Shown here: one piece after another, positions 7,757 to 15,885 of the stretch
Numbering within the stretch: position 1 is the first letter of the stretch
Layout: every line of letters starts with the position of its first letter
Assembly (NCBI GenBank): GCA_049424145.1
Contig: JBMSSC010000047.1
Span: forward strand, 1-18,112
Reading direction: 5' to 3'
Origin: Bdellovibrionia bacterium
Lineage (GTDB): Bacteria; Bdellovibrionota; UBA1018
Length of the DNA stretch: 18,112 nucleotides
Notes under the pieces: model-generated
Told to the model about the DNA's origin: nothing
What the model saw: the letters and a program-made list of their open reading frames with translations, nothing else
Databases searched by the model: none
Translations under genes and position numbers: made by a program

Positions 7757-7869
7757 CGCCCACGGAACTGTGGGAAAAGGCACGTGAGAGACGAAATGAG
7801 ATGGAATGAGGGAGTCATTTCTAAAATCGCAACCTCTCAGAAGCTCGAATCCAAGGTGAGGACGTCACG

Positions 7870-9339
7870 ATGATGGAGAAACAAGGTCGATCTGTGGGTG
7901 TCATGATTTTGGCAGCAGGCTCTGGCAAGAGAATGAAGTCTGCGCTTCCTAAGGTTCTTCATGAGATCGGGGGAAAGCCGCTTCTGTATTTTGTTCTCCA
8001 AGCGGTCCGTCAATCTCTTCCTTGGGCAAAAGTCGCACTCATTGTGGGCTATGGGCGTGAGCAGATCGAAAGTTATGTAAAAAATGAGCCTGAGTGGAGG
8101 GGGATGGACATTGAGTTTATTCTTCAGCCCAAGCAATTAGGCACAGGTCACGCTGTGGCTTGCGCTTTGAAGTCAGTCTGGGCAGAACGCCTTGCTCAGG
8201 CTTCCGCCTCAGTTTTGGTTCTTCCGGGAGACCAACCCCTCATTACAGCGGATCTGATCGAAAAACTCGTGGAACCCTTAAAGCGAGGGGAGGCTCTGCG
8301 GCTTCTCACCTGTGAATTAGAGAATCCCACGGGCTATGGACGAGTGATCCGTCGGGGGAAAGCAGGCAGTGTCCTTCGAATTGTTGAGGAAAAAGACGCC
8401 ACCGTGAAAGAAAAGCAGATTCACGAGGTGGCTAACTCCATCTATTTTTTCTCCCTGAGTTTTCTCAAGCAAACCATTGGTAAGTTAACCAATCAGAATG
8501 CTCAGGAAGAGTATTACTTGACGGACCTCATTTCCCTGGCCAGCCGAGCTAAGAAGAAAATTCCAGTTTTAAAGTGGCAGAACTCTGAGGATTTAAGAGG
8601 CGTCAATGACCCGTGGCAGTTGGCTCAAGCTCAGGCGATCCTCAATCAAAGAACCCTGTTTTATTGGTCTCAAAGGGGGGTTCGTTTCTTAGATCTCGCC
8701 TCAGTTCGAATCGATGCTTCGGTGGAGCTCGATGATGGGGTTGTCATTCACCCGGGAGTGATTCTCACGGGCCAAACCCGGATCAAAAGTCACTCCACTT
8801 TGGGTCCTTACGTGATCCTTCATGATGTCGAAGTGGGGAGTGGGGTTTTTATCAAAGCCGGGAGTGTGGGCGAGAAGTCAAAAATTGGGGATCACTGCCA
8901 AGTAGGTCCTTATGCCCACCTGAGAGCAGAAAATGAGATTGGATCCCAGGTGAAAATTGGAAACTTCGTGGAGTTGAAGAAAACGAAACTCGGTAACTCC
9001 ACCAGTGTTGCCCATCTGTCTTACTTAGGAGATGCAGAAGTGGGCAAGCGTGTGAATATTGGATGCGGGTTTGTGACCTGCAATTACGATGGACGAGTGA
9101 TTCAGGGTCAGCGAAAGCATCGAACTCTGGTGGAAGATGATGCGTTTGTCGGAAGTGATTGCCAAGCGGTTGCTCCGGTTCGAATTGGACGAGGAGCTTT
9201 TATTGCCTCAGGATCCACCATCACCGAAGATGTTCCCGCTGACGCCCTGGCCATTGCGCGCAGTAAACAGGTGAACAAACCAGGGTATGTCGAAAAATTG
9301 AAGGGAAAAAAAGGAGCAGGCTCATGTGTGGAATCGTAG
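7870..9339 (+). CDS. glmU: bifunctional UDP-GlcNAc pyrophosphorylase / glucosamine-1-phosphate N-acetyltransferase
   Basis: ILAAGSGKRMKSALPKVLH, QLGTGHAV, GYGRVIR, RIVEEKDA, EYYLTD, GVND; hexapeptide repeats with GNFVELK, HLSYLGDA, NIGCG, TCNYDG. Start at 7870 or 7873. Confidence 0.98.
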   Translation: MMEKQGRSVGVMILAAGSGKRMKSALPKVLHEIGGKPLLYFVLQAVRQSLPWAKVALIVGYGREQIESYVKNEPEWRGMDIEFILQPKQLGTGHAVACALKSVWAERLAQASASVLVLPGDQPLITADLIEKLVEPLKRGEALRLLTCELENPTGYGRVIRRGKAGSVLRIVEEKDATVKEKQIHEVANSIYFFSLSFLKQTIGKLTNQNAQEEYYLTDLISLASRAKKKIPVLKWQNSEDLRGVNDPWQLAQAQAILNQRTLFYWSQRGVRFLDLASVRIDASVELDDGVVIHPGVILTGQTRIKSHSTLGPYVILHDVEVGSGVFIKAGSVGEKSKIGDHCQVGPYAHLRAENEIGSQVKIGNFVELKKTKLGNSTSVAHLSYLGDAEVGKRVNIGCGFVTCNYDGRVIQGQRKHRTLVEDDAFVGSDCQAVAPVRIGRGAFIASGSTITEDVPADALAIARSKQVNKPGYVEKLKGKKGAGSCVES

Positions 9340-11225
9340 GCTACGTGGGAAGTAGAAAAGCCAGTGATATTTTACTCGATGGGCTGAAGCGTCTAGAGTA
9401 TCGGGGCTATGACTCAGCTGGTATTGCTCTTTTAGTCGATGGGAAAATTCAAATTCAAAAGTCTGAGGGGCGTTTGACCGAGGTTCAAAAGCTCTTTGAG
9501 CAGCGGCAAGAGCAACTCGGTCAGTCCACCTGTGGCATCGGTCATACCCGTTGGGCCACCCATGGCAAGCCCACGACTCAAAATGCGCACCCCCATCAAA
9601 CCGGGCACGTCGTTTTAGTTCACAATGGGATTATTGAAAACTACCTGAGTATTCGTCAGGACCTCATGAAACGAGGACACGCACCCCAATCGGAGACCGA
9701 TAGTGAGCTCTTTGGTTTCCTGGTGTTAGAACAGATGGAAGAGGGGTTCTCGCTGGCTGAAGCAGTGAGGCGAAGTTTTTCAGGGATTCAAGGCCAATGC
9801 AGTGTGGTGGTGATGTCGGAAAAAGAGCCAGGGGTCGTGGTCGGGGTCCGAAATGGCTCTCCTTTAGTGGTGGCTTTAGATCCTCAGGGTGGGGTGGTTT
9901 TTGCCAGTGATGCGCAACCCCTGGTGGCCATGACTCGAGATGTTTTTTTTCTCGAGCACGGAGATTTAGTGGTCGCAACGGCTTTAGGTCTCCAGTTTAG
10001 GGATTTAGAATCGGGCAAAGAAGTCGAGCGGCGCTCGACTCAGTTGGACTGGTCGCTCGATAAAATTGAACGGGGGGGCTACCCGCACTACATGCTCAAA
10101 GAAATTGAGGAGCAGCCCGTCGCTTTAGTGGATACGCTCAATGGGATTTTAGATCGAGCCAAGAATGAGATTTTCTCGTTTGCTGAGCATCCCGGAACCG
10201 TCATTTTAGAAAAAGCCCAGCAATTGGTGTTCGTGGCCTGTGGAACCTCCTGGCATGCCGCTTTATTGGGGAAGTACTGGATTGAACAATTGGCAGGGGT
10301 CCCTGTGAGTGTGGAGTTGGCCAGTGAGTTTCGCTACCGAAAGGCCGTGTGTCCTCCAGGTACTGTGATTCTTGGGATCTCTCAATCGGGGGAAACGGCA
10401 GATACTCTGGCTGTTTTAAGGGATATGAAGGCTCAGAAAATTCCTACCCTGGGGATTTCAAACGTTCGGGGGAGTTCCATTTCGCGGGAGGCGGATGCCG
10501 TTTTTTACACTTCTGCTGGGCCTGAGATTGGCGTTGCCGCAACCAAAACGTTCATCTCTCAGCTCCTCTTGCTTTTTTTGATTGCAGGTTTCTTGGGGAA
10601 TAAAAAAACCAAGGGTCAGTCCCTGAGCGTGAAAAGCAAGGAGCCTGAGTTTGAGGACCTTTTTGATCAGCTCATTCAACTGCCTCATCTCATGGCCTTA
10701 GGACTGGATTCCGACCCTGCGAAAAAAGGGTCCATGGCTCAGTCCATTATTCGAATCACTCGAGAGTTAGGCCCAGTCAAAGGGTTTTTCTTCATTGGAC
10801 GGGGCTATTCCTTTCCCGTGGCGTTGGAGGGAGCTCTCAAACTGAAGGAAATTGCCTATGATCATGCCGAGGGATATGCCGCAGGAGAGCTCAAGCATGG
10901 TCCCATTGCCATGATTGATGACTCCATGGTGGTGGTGGTCTTGGCTCCTAAGGATTTCTGGCGTGAAAAGACGGTCTCCAATCTCCAGGAAGTCAAAGCC
11001 CGCGGCGCCCGGATTCTGGGCGTGGGGGATTCCAAAGACTTTGATCTGAAGAGCTTATGTGATTTTTGGGTTCCACTGCCTGAGGAAACACGCGGCTTAA
11101 ATCCCCTGTTTTTGCCTTTCCTCTTAACTCCCGTGGTTCAGCTCTTAAGCTACCATCGAGCGGTTTTAAAAGGTACGGACGTGGATAAGCCCAGGAATCT
11201 CGCCAAAAGCGTCACGGTGGAATAA
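9324..11225 (+). CDS. glmS: glutamine--fructose-6-phosphate transaminase (isomerizing)
   Basis: MCGIVGY with the N-terminal nucleophile Cys, LEYRGYDSAG, GHTRWATHG, SQSGETADT, EGALKLKE, ELKHGP, and C-terminal PRNLAKSVTVE. Overlaps glmU by 16 nt. Confidence 0.99.
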   Translation: MCGIVGYVGSRKASDILLDGLKRLEYRGYDSAGIALLVDGKIQIQKSEGRLTEVQKLFEQRQEQLGQSTCGIGHTRWATHGKPTTQNAHPHQTGHVVLVHNGIIENYLSIRQDLMKRGHAPQSETDSELFGFLVLEQMEEGFSLAEAVRRSFSGIQGQCSVVVMSEKEPGVVVGVRNGSPLVVALDPQGGVVFASDAQPLVAMTRDVFFLEHGDLVVATALGLQFRDLESGKEVERRSTQLDWSLDKIERGGYPHYMLKEIEEQPVALVDTLNGILDRAKNEIFSFAEHPGTVILEKAQQLVFVACGTSWHAALLGKYWIEQLAGVPVSVELASEFRYRKAVCPPGTVILGISQSGETADTLAVLRDMKAQKIPTLGISNVRGSSISREADAVFYTSAGPEIGVAATKTFISQLLLLFLIAGFLGNKKTKGQSLSVKSKEPEFEDLFDQLIQLPHLMALGLDSDPAKKGSMAQSIIRITRELGPVKGFFFIGRGYSFPVALEGALKLKEIAYDHAEGYAAGELKHGPIAMIDDSMVVVVLAPKDFWREKTVSNLQEVKARGARILGVGDSKDFDLKSLCDFWVPLPEETRGLNPLFLPFLLTPVVQLLSYHRAVLKGTDVDKPRNLAKSVTVE

Positions 11226-11255
11226 GATTTTTGAGCTTCCCAGAGGGGCTCTTAC
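11190..11255 (+). other. attTn7-type site (glmS 3' end), apparently unoccupied
   Basis: The PRNLAKSVTVE-coding end of glmS is the known TnsD recognition region. No TGT-initiated Tn7 end or tns genes follow it. Confidence 0.5.
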
Positions 11256-11316
11256 CAGAACACCTCAAGTCTCCGGGTTGACTTTGGTTTTGAGTTAATT
11301 CGAGCTGCGATAGGCC

Positions 11317-11378
11317 TGTTTTTATTGTTTTTATTTAAAGTATAAAAAGTTGACTATCTGCATTTTATCAGGTAATTT
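11317..11378 (+). promoter_or_regulatory. candidate sigma70 promoter with AT-rich UP region for the 11404 gene
   Basis: TTGACT (11350-11355)-N17-TAATTT (11373-11378). Upstream is a tandem TGTTTTTAT x2 (11317-11334); downstream are SD GGAGG (11392-11396) and ATG 11404. Confidence 0.6.
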
Positions 11379-11403
11379 CGCCGGGTCTGATGGAGGAAGT
11401 TCA

Positions 11404-12657
11404 ATGATTTTTTGCCAAGATCGATGCAGGGGAAAAAAAAGAAACCCTGGACTCATCGGAGTCCTAGGGGTCTTTTTGGGGCTACTTTTGCCTCAGTCCA
11501 GTCGTGCCGTCTCTCAAGATCGATCCTCCCTAAAAATTGGCGATCTTGTTTTTTACATGGATTCGCTGGGTAAAGCAGAACACGTCGCTTTGTTTGCAGG
11601 CTTTGATCCGGAGGAAGAGATTCCTCAAGTGATCCATGCGGTCGCAGAGCCCCATTTTAAGGTCATTTCCACTCAGTTAAGGCCCTCTGAGATTCCCTAT
11701 GTGATTTATCGGAATAAAAATCGCGCCTTATCACTTTTTGCCTATGCTTTAATGGAGTCCTGGGAGGCTGGGGGCGTTCCCTATGATGAGAAAGCTTCAG
11801 AGCTCATGGATCAATTTCGAGACCATCGGGAATTTGCTCACCCGGTGGAGGGTACGGAGCGTTTGTATGAGTACGCTCGTCAGATGAGTGTGCCTAATTT
11901 TTACCGAAGAATTAAGTTTGCAGCCCGTCGAGGCGCGAGTCCTGTATTGCCTCCTGATCAGCGGATGGGGAGCATGGGGCGCGGCCTGAGATGTGATGAG
12001 GCGGTCATTTTGGCTTATCAGATCGAAGAGTTGGCGGATGTGGTTTTAAACTTGTTTCAGTGGGCATCACGAGTGCCTTGGGTTTCAGATAAGTACCTAG
12101 ACGAAGAGGTGTTAAACGACCCGTCGATTGCCCGTTTTGTTTCCCAAGAGTATCGAGATTACCTCAACCGACTCAACTCCAAAGAAGAGTACCCGCTTGT
12201 GGAGTCTAAAAAACGGTTAAATGCCCCTCATCAGAAGTTTCACCCCTCAATTTATGCTTGGAATTTCGAGAAGTTTGGGTCGATTGAAGAGTTTGCTCAG
12301 AATTTTGATACCTCCCTCCCATTGGATGCAAAAATTACAAATCCCGACGTTCTTCTTCATCACCTGAGGCAAGATCCTCAGCACTGGGTCAGTGTGGGTG
12401 AGGTTCTGATTGAGCCCTATCGGAACTCGCCTGAGCGCAAGCTCAAGTGGAAGAACCATCTGGATGAGCTTGATGAGGCCTCAAAGAGTCTTCAGCAAGT
12501 TCTGGTGCTCTTAGTGCGGGATCGGGCCACTCAAGCGGCAAAATCCGATTGGACCGCTCAAGACTTCAAGCGTCCTTACCCTCGAGCCCCGCTGCCGGCT
12601 GAGTTTGACTCGCCTCGGGGTGTCACCTTTCATCGAAGGACGTTTTCCTTCCAATAG
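11404..12657 (+). CDS. exported protein, putative circularly permuted NlpC/P60 (YiiX/YebB/LRAT-like) papain-fold enzyme (417 aa)
   Basis: Signal peptide (basic RGKKR, hydrophobic LIGVLGVFLGLLL, SRA cleavage). Motif order is LKIGDLVF...EHVALF (H60)...VIHA (H78)...VPYD...GLRCDEAVILAYQ (C197)...ITNPD. The CDS itself is very likely real; the family call is inferred from motifs. Confidence 0.7.
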   Translation: MIFCQDRCRGKKRNPGLIGVLGVFLGLLLPQSSRAVSQDRSSLKIGDLVFYMDSLGKAEHVALFAGFDPEEEIPQVIHAVAEPHFKVISTQLRPSEIPYVIYRNKNRALSLFAYALMESWEAGGVPYDEKASELMDQFRDHREFAHPVEGTERLYEYARQMSVPNFYRRIKFAARRGASPVLPPDQRMGSMGRGLRCDEAVILAYQIEELADVVLNLFQWASRVPWVSDKYLDEEVLNDPSIARFVSQEYRDYLNRLNSKEEYPLVESKKRLNAPHQKFHPSIYAWNFEKFGSIEEFAQNFDTSLPLDAKITNPDVLLHHLRQDPQHWVSVGEVLIEPYRNSPERKLKWKNHLDELDEASKSLQQVLVLLVRDRATQAAKSDWTAQDFKRPYPRAPLPAEFDSPRGVTFHRRTFSFQ

Positions 12658-12733
12658 CAGAGGCCGATTTTTCCCTCCGGTAGCGCGGGATCTTGCTAGA
12701 AGATCGCGCTCTTCTATGCGAGAAAGGGGGGGA

Positions 12734-15052
12734 ATGATGGATTTACGCTCGGGGCTGAATGAGCCTCAACGAGAAGCAGTGCTTACAACAGAGGGTCCTT
12801 TATTGGTTTTAGCGGGTGCGGGGGCCGGAAAAACCAAAATGCTGACCTCTCGAATCTCCTATCTGATTGACTCTTGTCGAGTGCCTCCGGCTCAGATTCT
12901 GGCTTTGACCTTCACCAATAAAGCGGCAGGTGAGATGAAAGAGCGAGTGGAGAGGATTCTCCGCGTGAGCGAAAGCTCCGCATTGGGATCGCCTGAGATC
13001 GGGACATTCCACTCCTTTTGTATTCGCTTACTGCGGCGAGAGCTTCCTCATACGCCTTTTACTCGCTCCTTTGTGATTTATGATGACTCGGATCAACTGA
13101 GCCTGATTAAGAGCGCCATGCAGAAGCTCAGTATTGATGAGAAGAGTTTTAGTCCCAAAGCCATTCAAGCCAAGATCAATCGAGCCAAGTGTGATGCCTT
13201 AGGTCCTGATGAGATTTCGGCTTCTCCGATGGATCTTTTTGCCCGACAAATGAAGCGAGTCTATGAGCAGTATCAGAAGGATTTATTCGCCAATCAGGCC
13301 CTTGATTTTGGTGAGATCCTTTGCTTGACGTATCGCCTTCTGCGAGATCAGCCTGAAGTTCGGCAGAAGTATCAGAGATGGTATCGCTACATTCACGTCG
13401 ATGAGTACCAAGACACCAATCGAGCCCAGTATTTGCTCCTTTCTCTGTTAGCCTCGCCCATTCATGGTGGACACCAGAATATCTGCGTCGTCGGGGATGA
13501 AGATCAGTCGATCTATAAATGGCGAGGGGCGGATATCCATAATATTTTAGACTTTGAGAAGGACTACCCTGGGGCCAAAATCGTCAAGCTCGAGCAGAAT
13601 TATCGATCCACGCAAACCATTCTAAAAGCAGCGGGAGTGGTGATTCGAAACAATCAGTCTCGAAAAGACAAGACACTTTGGACTGAAAATGAGCCTGGAT
13701 CAAACCTCATTTGCGCGCAATTGGCTGACGAACGTGCGGAAGCGGAGATGACGATTGCCGAGATCCAGCGATTGGCCTTGGATCAGAGTCGCTCGTTTGA
13801 TGAGTTTGCCATCTTTTATCGGACCAATGCTCAAAGTAGGCCTTTTGAAGATGTCCTCAGGCGCGAGAAAATTCCCTATCAGATCGTAGGCGGTCTTCGC
13901 TTTTATGATCGGAAAGAAATTAAAGATCTGTTGGCCTACTTCAAGCTCATCGCCAACCTCTCCGACTCGGTCAGTTGCAAGCGTGTGATCAATGTCCCTG
14001 CCCGTGGCATTGGAAAAACCACTTTGGAGCGTCTGGAGGATTTTTGGAACTCCCAGACTTCATCCGGTTCTCTTTCCTATTGGGAGGCCTTGGTTTCAGC
14101 CACTCAAGATAAACAAGTGGCCTCGGCCGCTGTGGCAAAGAAGCTCAATGGGTTTGTGCAGATGGTTCAGCTCTTCGTGCAGAAGCAGCCCGAGCTCTTG
14201 CTCTCGGAACTCTATCACCTGATTTTGGATGAAACGGGGTATGTACGAGAACTGAAAAAAGAAGGCACGGAAGAGGCCACCGCTCGCATTGAGAACTTAG
14301 AAGAGCTCAATACCTTGCTTTTGGAGTTTGAAGAGGAGATTTTAGAGAAAACCCAAGAGCAGCACCGCCTGGAGAAGAAAAAAGAGCTGCTATTTCTTTT
14401 CATCGAGCAGACGGCCTTGGCCTCAGACGTGGATCAACTCTCCTCCGACCAAAGTTCAGTGAAACTCATGACCTTGCATTCTTCCAAGGGACTGGAGTTT
14501 CCCGTTGTCTTTATGGTCGGCATGGAAGAGGGTCTGTTTCCCTCCGTTAAACCTTGGGAAGAAACTCCTGAAGAGGATCTAGAGGAAGAACGCAGGCTTT
14601 GTTATGTGGGCATGACCCGTGCTCGTCAGGTTTTATATCTGATGAGTGCCACGATTCGACGCATTTGGGGCAATATCAGTTATCAGGAGCCTTCCCGGTT
14701 TTTAGCTGAAATCCCGCCTGAGTGCCTCGAGATGAGAAATGGCTCGGCTGCCTTAGGCTCCCGGTTCTCGCGCTTAGGTTCCTCTCGACATTGGGGAGGC
14801 TCAGAGTCGTTTGAGGACTCATCGAAAGTGATTGCTCGCATCGGTCCTCAGGGCTCAGTGGTTCGGCTATCCCACCGGTCTGAAGCCGCAACGAGTGATT
14901 GGGTGGGACGAGCCATGAATCATCCTGAGTACGGTCCTGGAACCATCGTGTCCAGCGAGGGCAGTGGTGAGGATCAAAAAGTCACGATTCGATTTTCAGG
15001 TCGGCAGTTGAAGAAGTTCTTACTGCGCTACGTGTCCAGTTACTTAGAGTAG
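12734..15052 (+). CDS. pcrA: SF1A DNA helicase PcrA/UvrD
   Basis: LNEPQREAV Q-motif, AGAGAGKT Walker A, TFTNKAA, VDEYQD, VGDEDQSIY, EQNYRST, YRTNAQSR, MTLHSSKGLEF, EERRLCYVGMTRA, and C-terminal Tudor-like HPEYGPGTI..VTIRF..KKF. Start is ATG 12734 or 12737 after a G-rich SD, not TTG 12605. Confidence 0.96.
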   Translation: MMDLRSGLNEPQREAVLTTEGPLLVLAGAGAGKTKMLTSRISYLIDSCRVPPAQILALTFTNKAAGEMKERVERILRVSESSALGSPEIGTFHSFCIRLLRRELPHTPFTRSFVIYDDSDQLSLIKSAMQKLSIDEKSFSPKAIQAKINRAKCDALGPDEISASPMDLFARQMKRVYEQYQKDLFANQALDFGEILCLTYRLLRDQPEVRQKYQRWYRYIHVDEYQDTNRAQYLLLSLLASPIHGGHQNICVVGDEDQSIYKWRGADIHNILDFEKDYPGAKIVKLEQNYRSTQTILKAAGVVIRNNQSRKDKTLWTENEPGSNLICAQLADERAEAEMTIAEIQRLALDQSRSFDEFAIFYRTNAQSRPFEDVLRREKIPYQIVGGLRFYDRKEIKDLLAYFKLIANLSDSVSCKRVINVPARGIGKTTLERLEDFWNSQTSSGSLSYWEALVSATQDKQVASAAVAKKLNGFVQMVQLFVQKQPELLLSELYHLILDETGYVRELKKEGTEEATARIENLEELNTLLLEFEEEILEKTQEQHRLEKKKELLFLFIEQTALASDVDQLSSDQSSVKLMTLHSSKGLEFPVVFMVGMEEGLFPSVKPWEETPEEDLEEERRLCYVGMTRARQVLYLMSATIRRIWGNISYQEPSRFLAEIPPECLEMRNGSAALGSRFSRLGSSRHWGGSESFEDSSKVIARIGPQGSVVRLSHRSEAATSDWVGRAMNHPEYGPGTIVSSEGSGEDQKVTIRFSGRQLKKFLLRYVSSYLE

Positions 15053-15058
15053 GTCGAT

Positions 15059-15110
15059 AAAAAAGGAAAATAGAGGGCCTCCGTTTGGGGTGATCGGCTT
15101 TCCTTTTTTT
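15059..15110 (+). terminator. possible intrinsic terminator after pcrA
   Basis: 11-bp inverted repeat AAAAAAGGAAA (15059-15069) / TTTCCTTTTTT (15099-15109) encloses a small GC hairpin and ends in a T run. A second hairpin, ACCACCCTC/GGGGGTGGT, lies at 15134-15156. Confidence 0.4.
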
Positions 15111-15199
15111 CTTCCGTTTGAACCCAATGTTTCACCACCCTCCTTGAGGGGGTGGTTAGCGCTTGCCTTCCGGATTTGAGAGCGTTAAAGGGAAGAGGG

Positions 15200-15507
15200 T
15201 GCTTCGATCAAGCAGGTGCAAGGTTCCCACGTGAGCGAAAGATCGCGCAAAACTGATGTGGGGCAAAACCTGTCAAAGCACAAATAAGGTTCAGGAAACT
15301 GGGCGCCTCGTGAGTTCGAGATGACCCATTCCTAAAAAAGTCACCCACGGAAGGTGGGAAAGTGCGCGCGGAGGGCAGGATCGGGCAATTTGAGGATGAA
15401 ATATTCCGAAAATTGTACGCCCGAAGAAACGCGAACCGGGATAATCTCCGGGAAGCTCTGGTCTTGATTCCAGAGAGCCCTTCACAGGAAGTAAAAGGAA
15501 ATTTCTT
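15200..15507 (+). ncRNA. candidate structured RNA / cis-regulatory leader of gatCAB (family unassigned)
   Basis: Eight consecutive or nested stem-loops separated by A-rich linkers, with several G-U pairs that favour the + strand. Details are under findings. Confidence 0.5.
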
Positions 15508-15807
15508 ATGAGCGACCTCAATGCATCTCTCACCGAGCGCGTGGCTCACTTGGCTAAGCTCTCGGTTTCTCCCTCAGAAGTTCAGACCTTCACGCAGCAG
15601 TTGGACGTGATCCTCTCCTATGTTCAAACGTTGCAATCTGTTCCAACCGAAGGCGTTGAGCCGATGACCCATCCGTTTGAAATGGCAGCCTCACTTCGTG
15701 AAGACGTGCCCGAGGTCTCTCCCACAGATGAGAAGGGTGGACCCAAGGTTTTAACCCATGCTCCGGATGTGCTCTATCATGGGTTTAAAGTCCCTCCGAT
15801 TCTCTAA
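15508..15807 (+). CDS. gatC: Asp-tRNA(Asn)/Glu-tRNA(Gln) amidotransferase subunit C
   Basis: RVAHLAKL...QLDVILSYVQTL..VPTEGVEPMTHP...LRED...AP....FKVPPIL; directly upstream of gatA. Confidence 0.96.
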   Translation: MSDLNASLTERVAHLAKLSVSPSEVQTFTQQLDVILSYVQTLQSVPTEGVEPMTHPFEMAASLREDVPEVSPTDEKGGPKVLTHAPDVLYHGFKVPPIL

Positions 15808-15885
15808 CCCCAGAGGCAACGTTCATCTGGGTTCTCGCGGAATTCGAGTCGAGAATCCACTTCATCCCCTTTGACAGGAGTTTTT

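Noticed and set aside
7545..7869. glmS ribozyme in the glmU-glmS leader
   Set aside because: The conserved core (AGCGCC at the cleavage site, GACGAGG, ATCGA..CGGCGG) is not recognisable, and there is no intergenic space directly before glmS.
11226..11349. Tn7-like transposon at attTn7
   Set aside because: No TGT terminus at the expected offset, no TnsB-site repeats and no tns or cas genes.
11350..11403. TTG start of the 435-aa ORF
   Set aside because: The TTG is the -35 hexamer of a likely promoter. SD GGAGG supports ATG 11404.
12605..12733. N-terminal extension of PcrA from TTG 12605
   Set aside because: It overlaps the upstream gene and has no helicase-like sequence. The SD and Q-motif position support ATG 12734/12737.
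15140..15370. T-box riboswitch upstream of gatCAB (GGGTGGTTAGCGC at about 15150; AGGTGGGAAAG at about 15352)
   Set aside because: Neither segment has the TGGNACC antiterminator bulge, and no overlapping terminator follows.
15190..15500. RNase P RNA, tmRNA, SRP RNA, lysine/cobalamin/c-di-GMP-I riboswitch, or group II intron 5' fragment (GTGCG at 15362)
   Set aside because: Only short partial resemblances. The diagnostic motifs (GAGGAAAGTCC, tRNA-like ends with a tag ORF, intron domain V) are absent, so the family is left unassigned.
15208..15549. Minus-strand ORFs 15208-15549 and 15291-15533
   Set aside because: They start inside gatC on the antisense strand, lack an SD and recognisable motifs, and the G-U pairing favours a + strand transcript.
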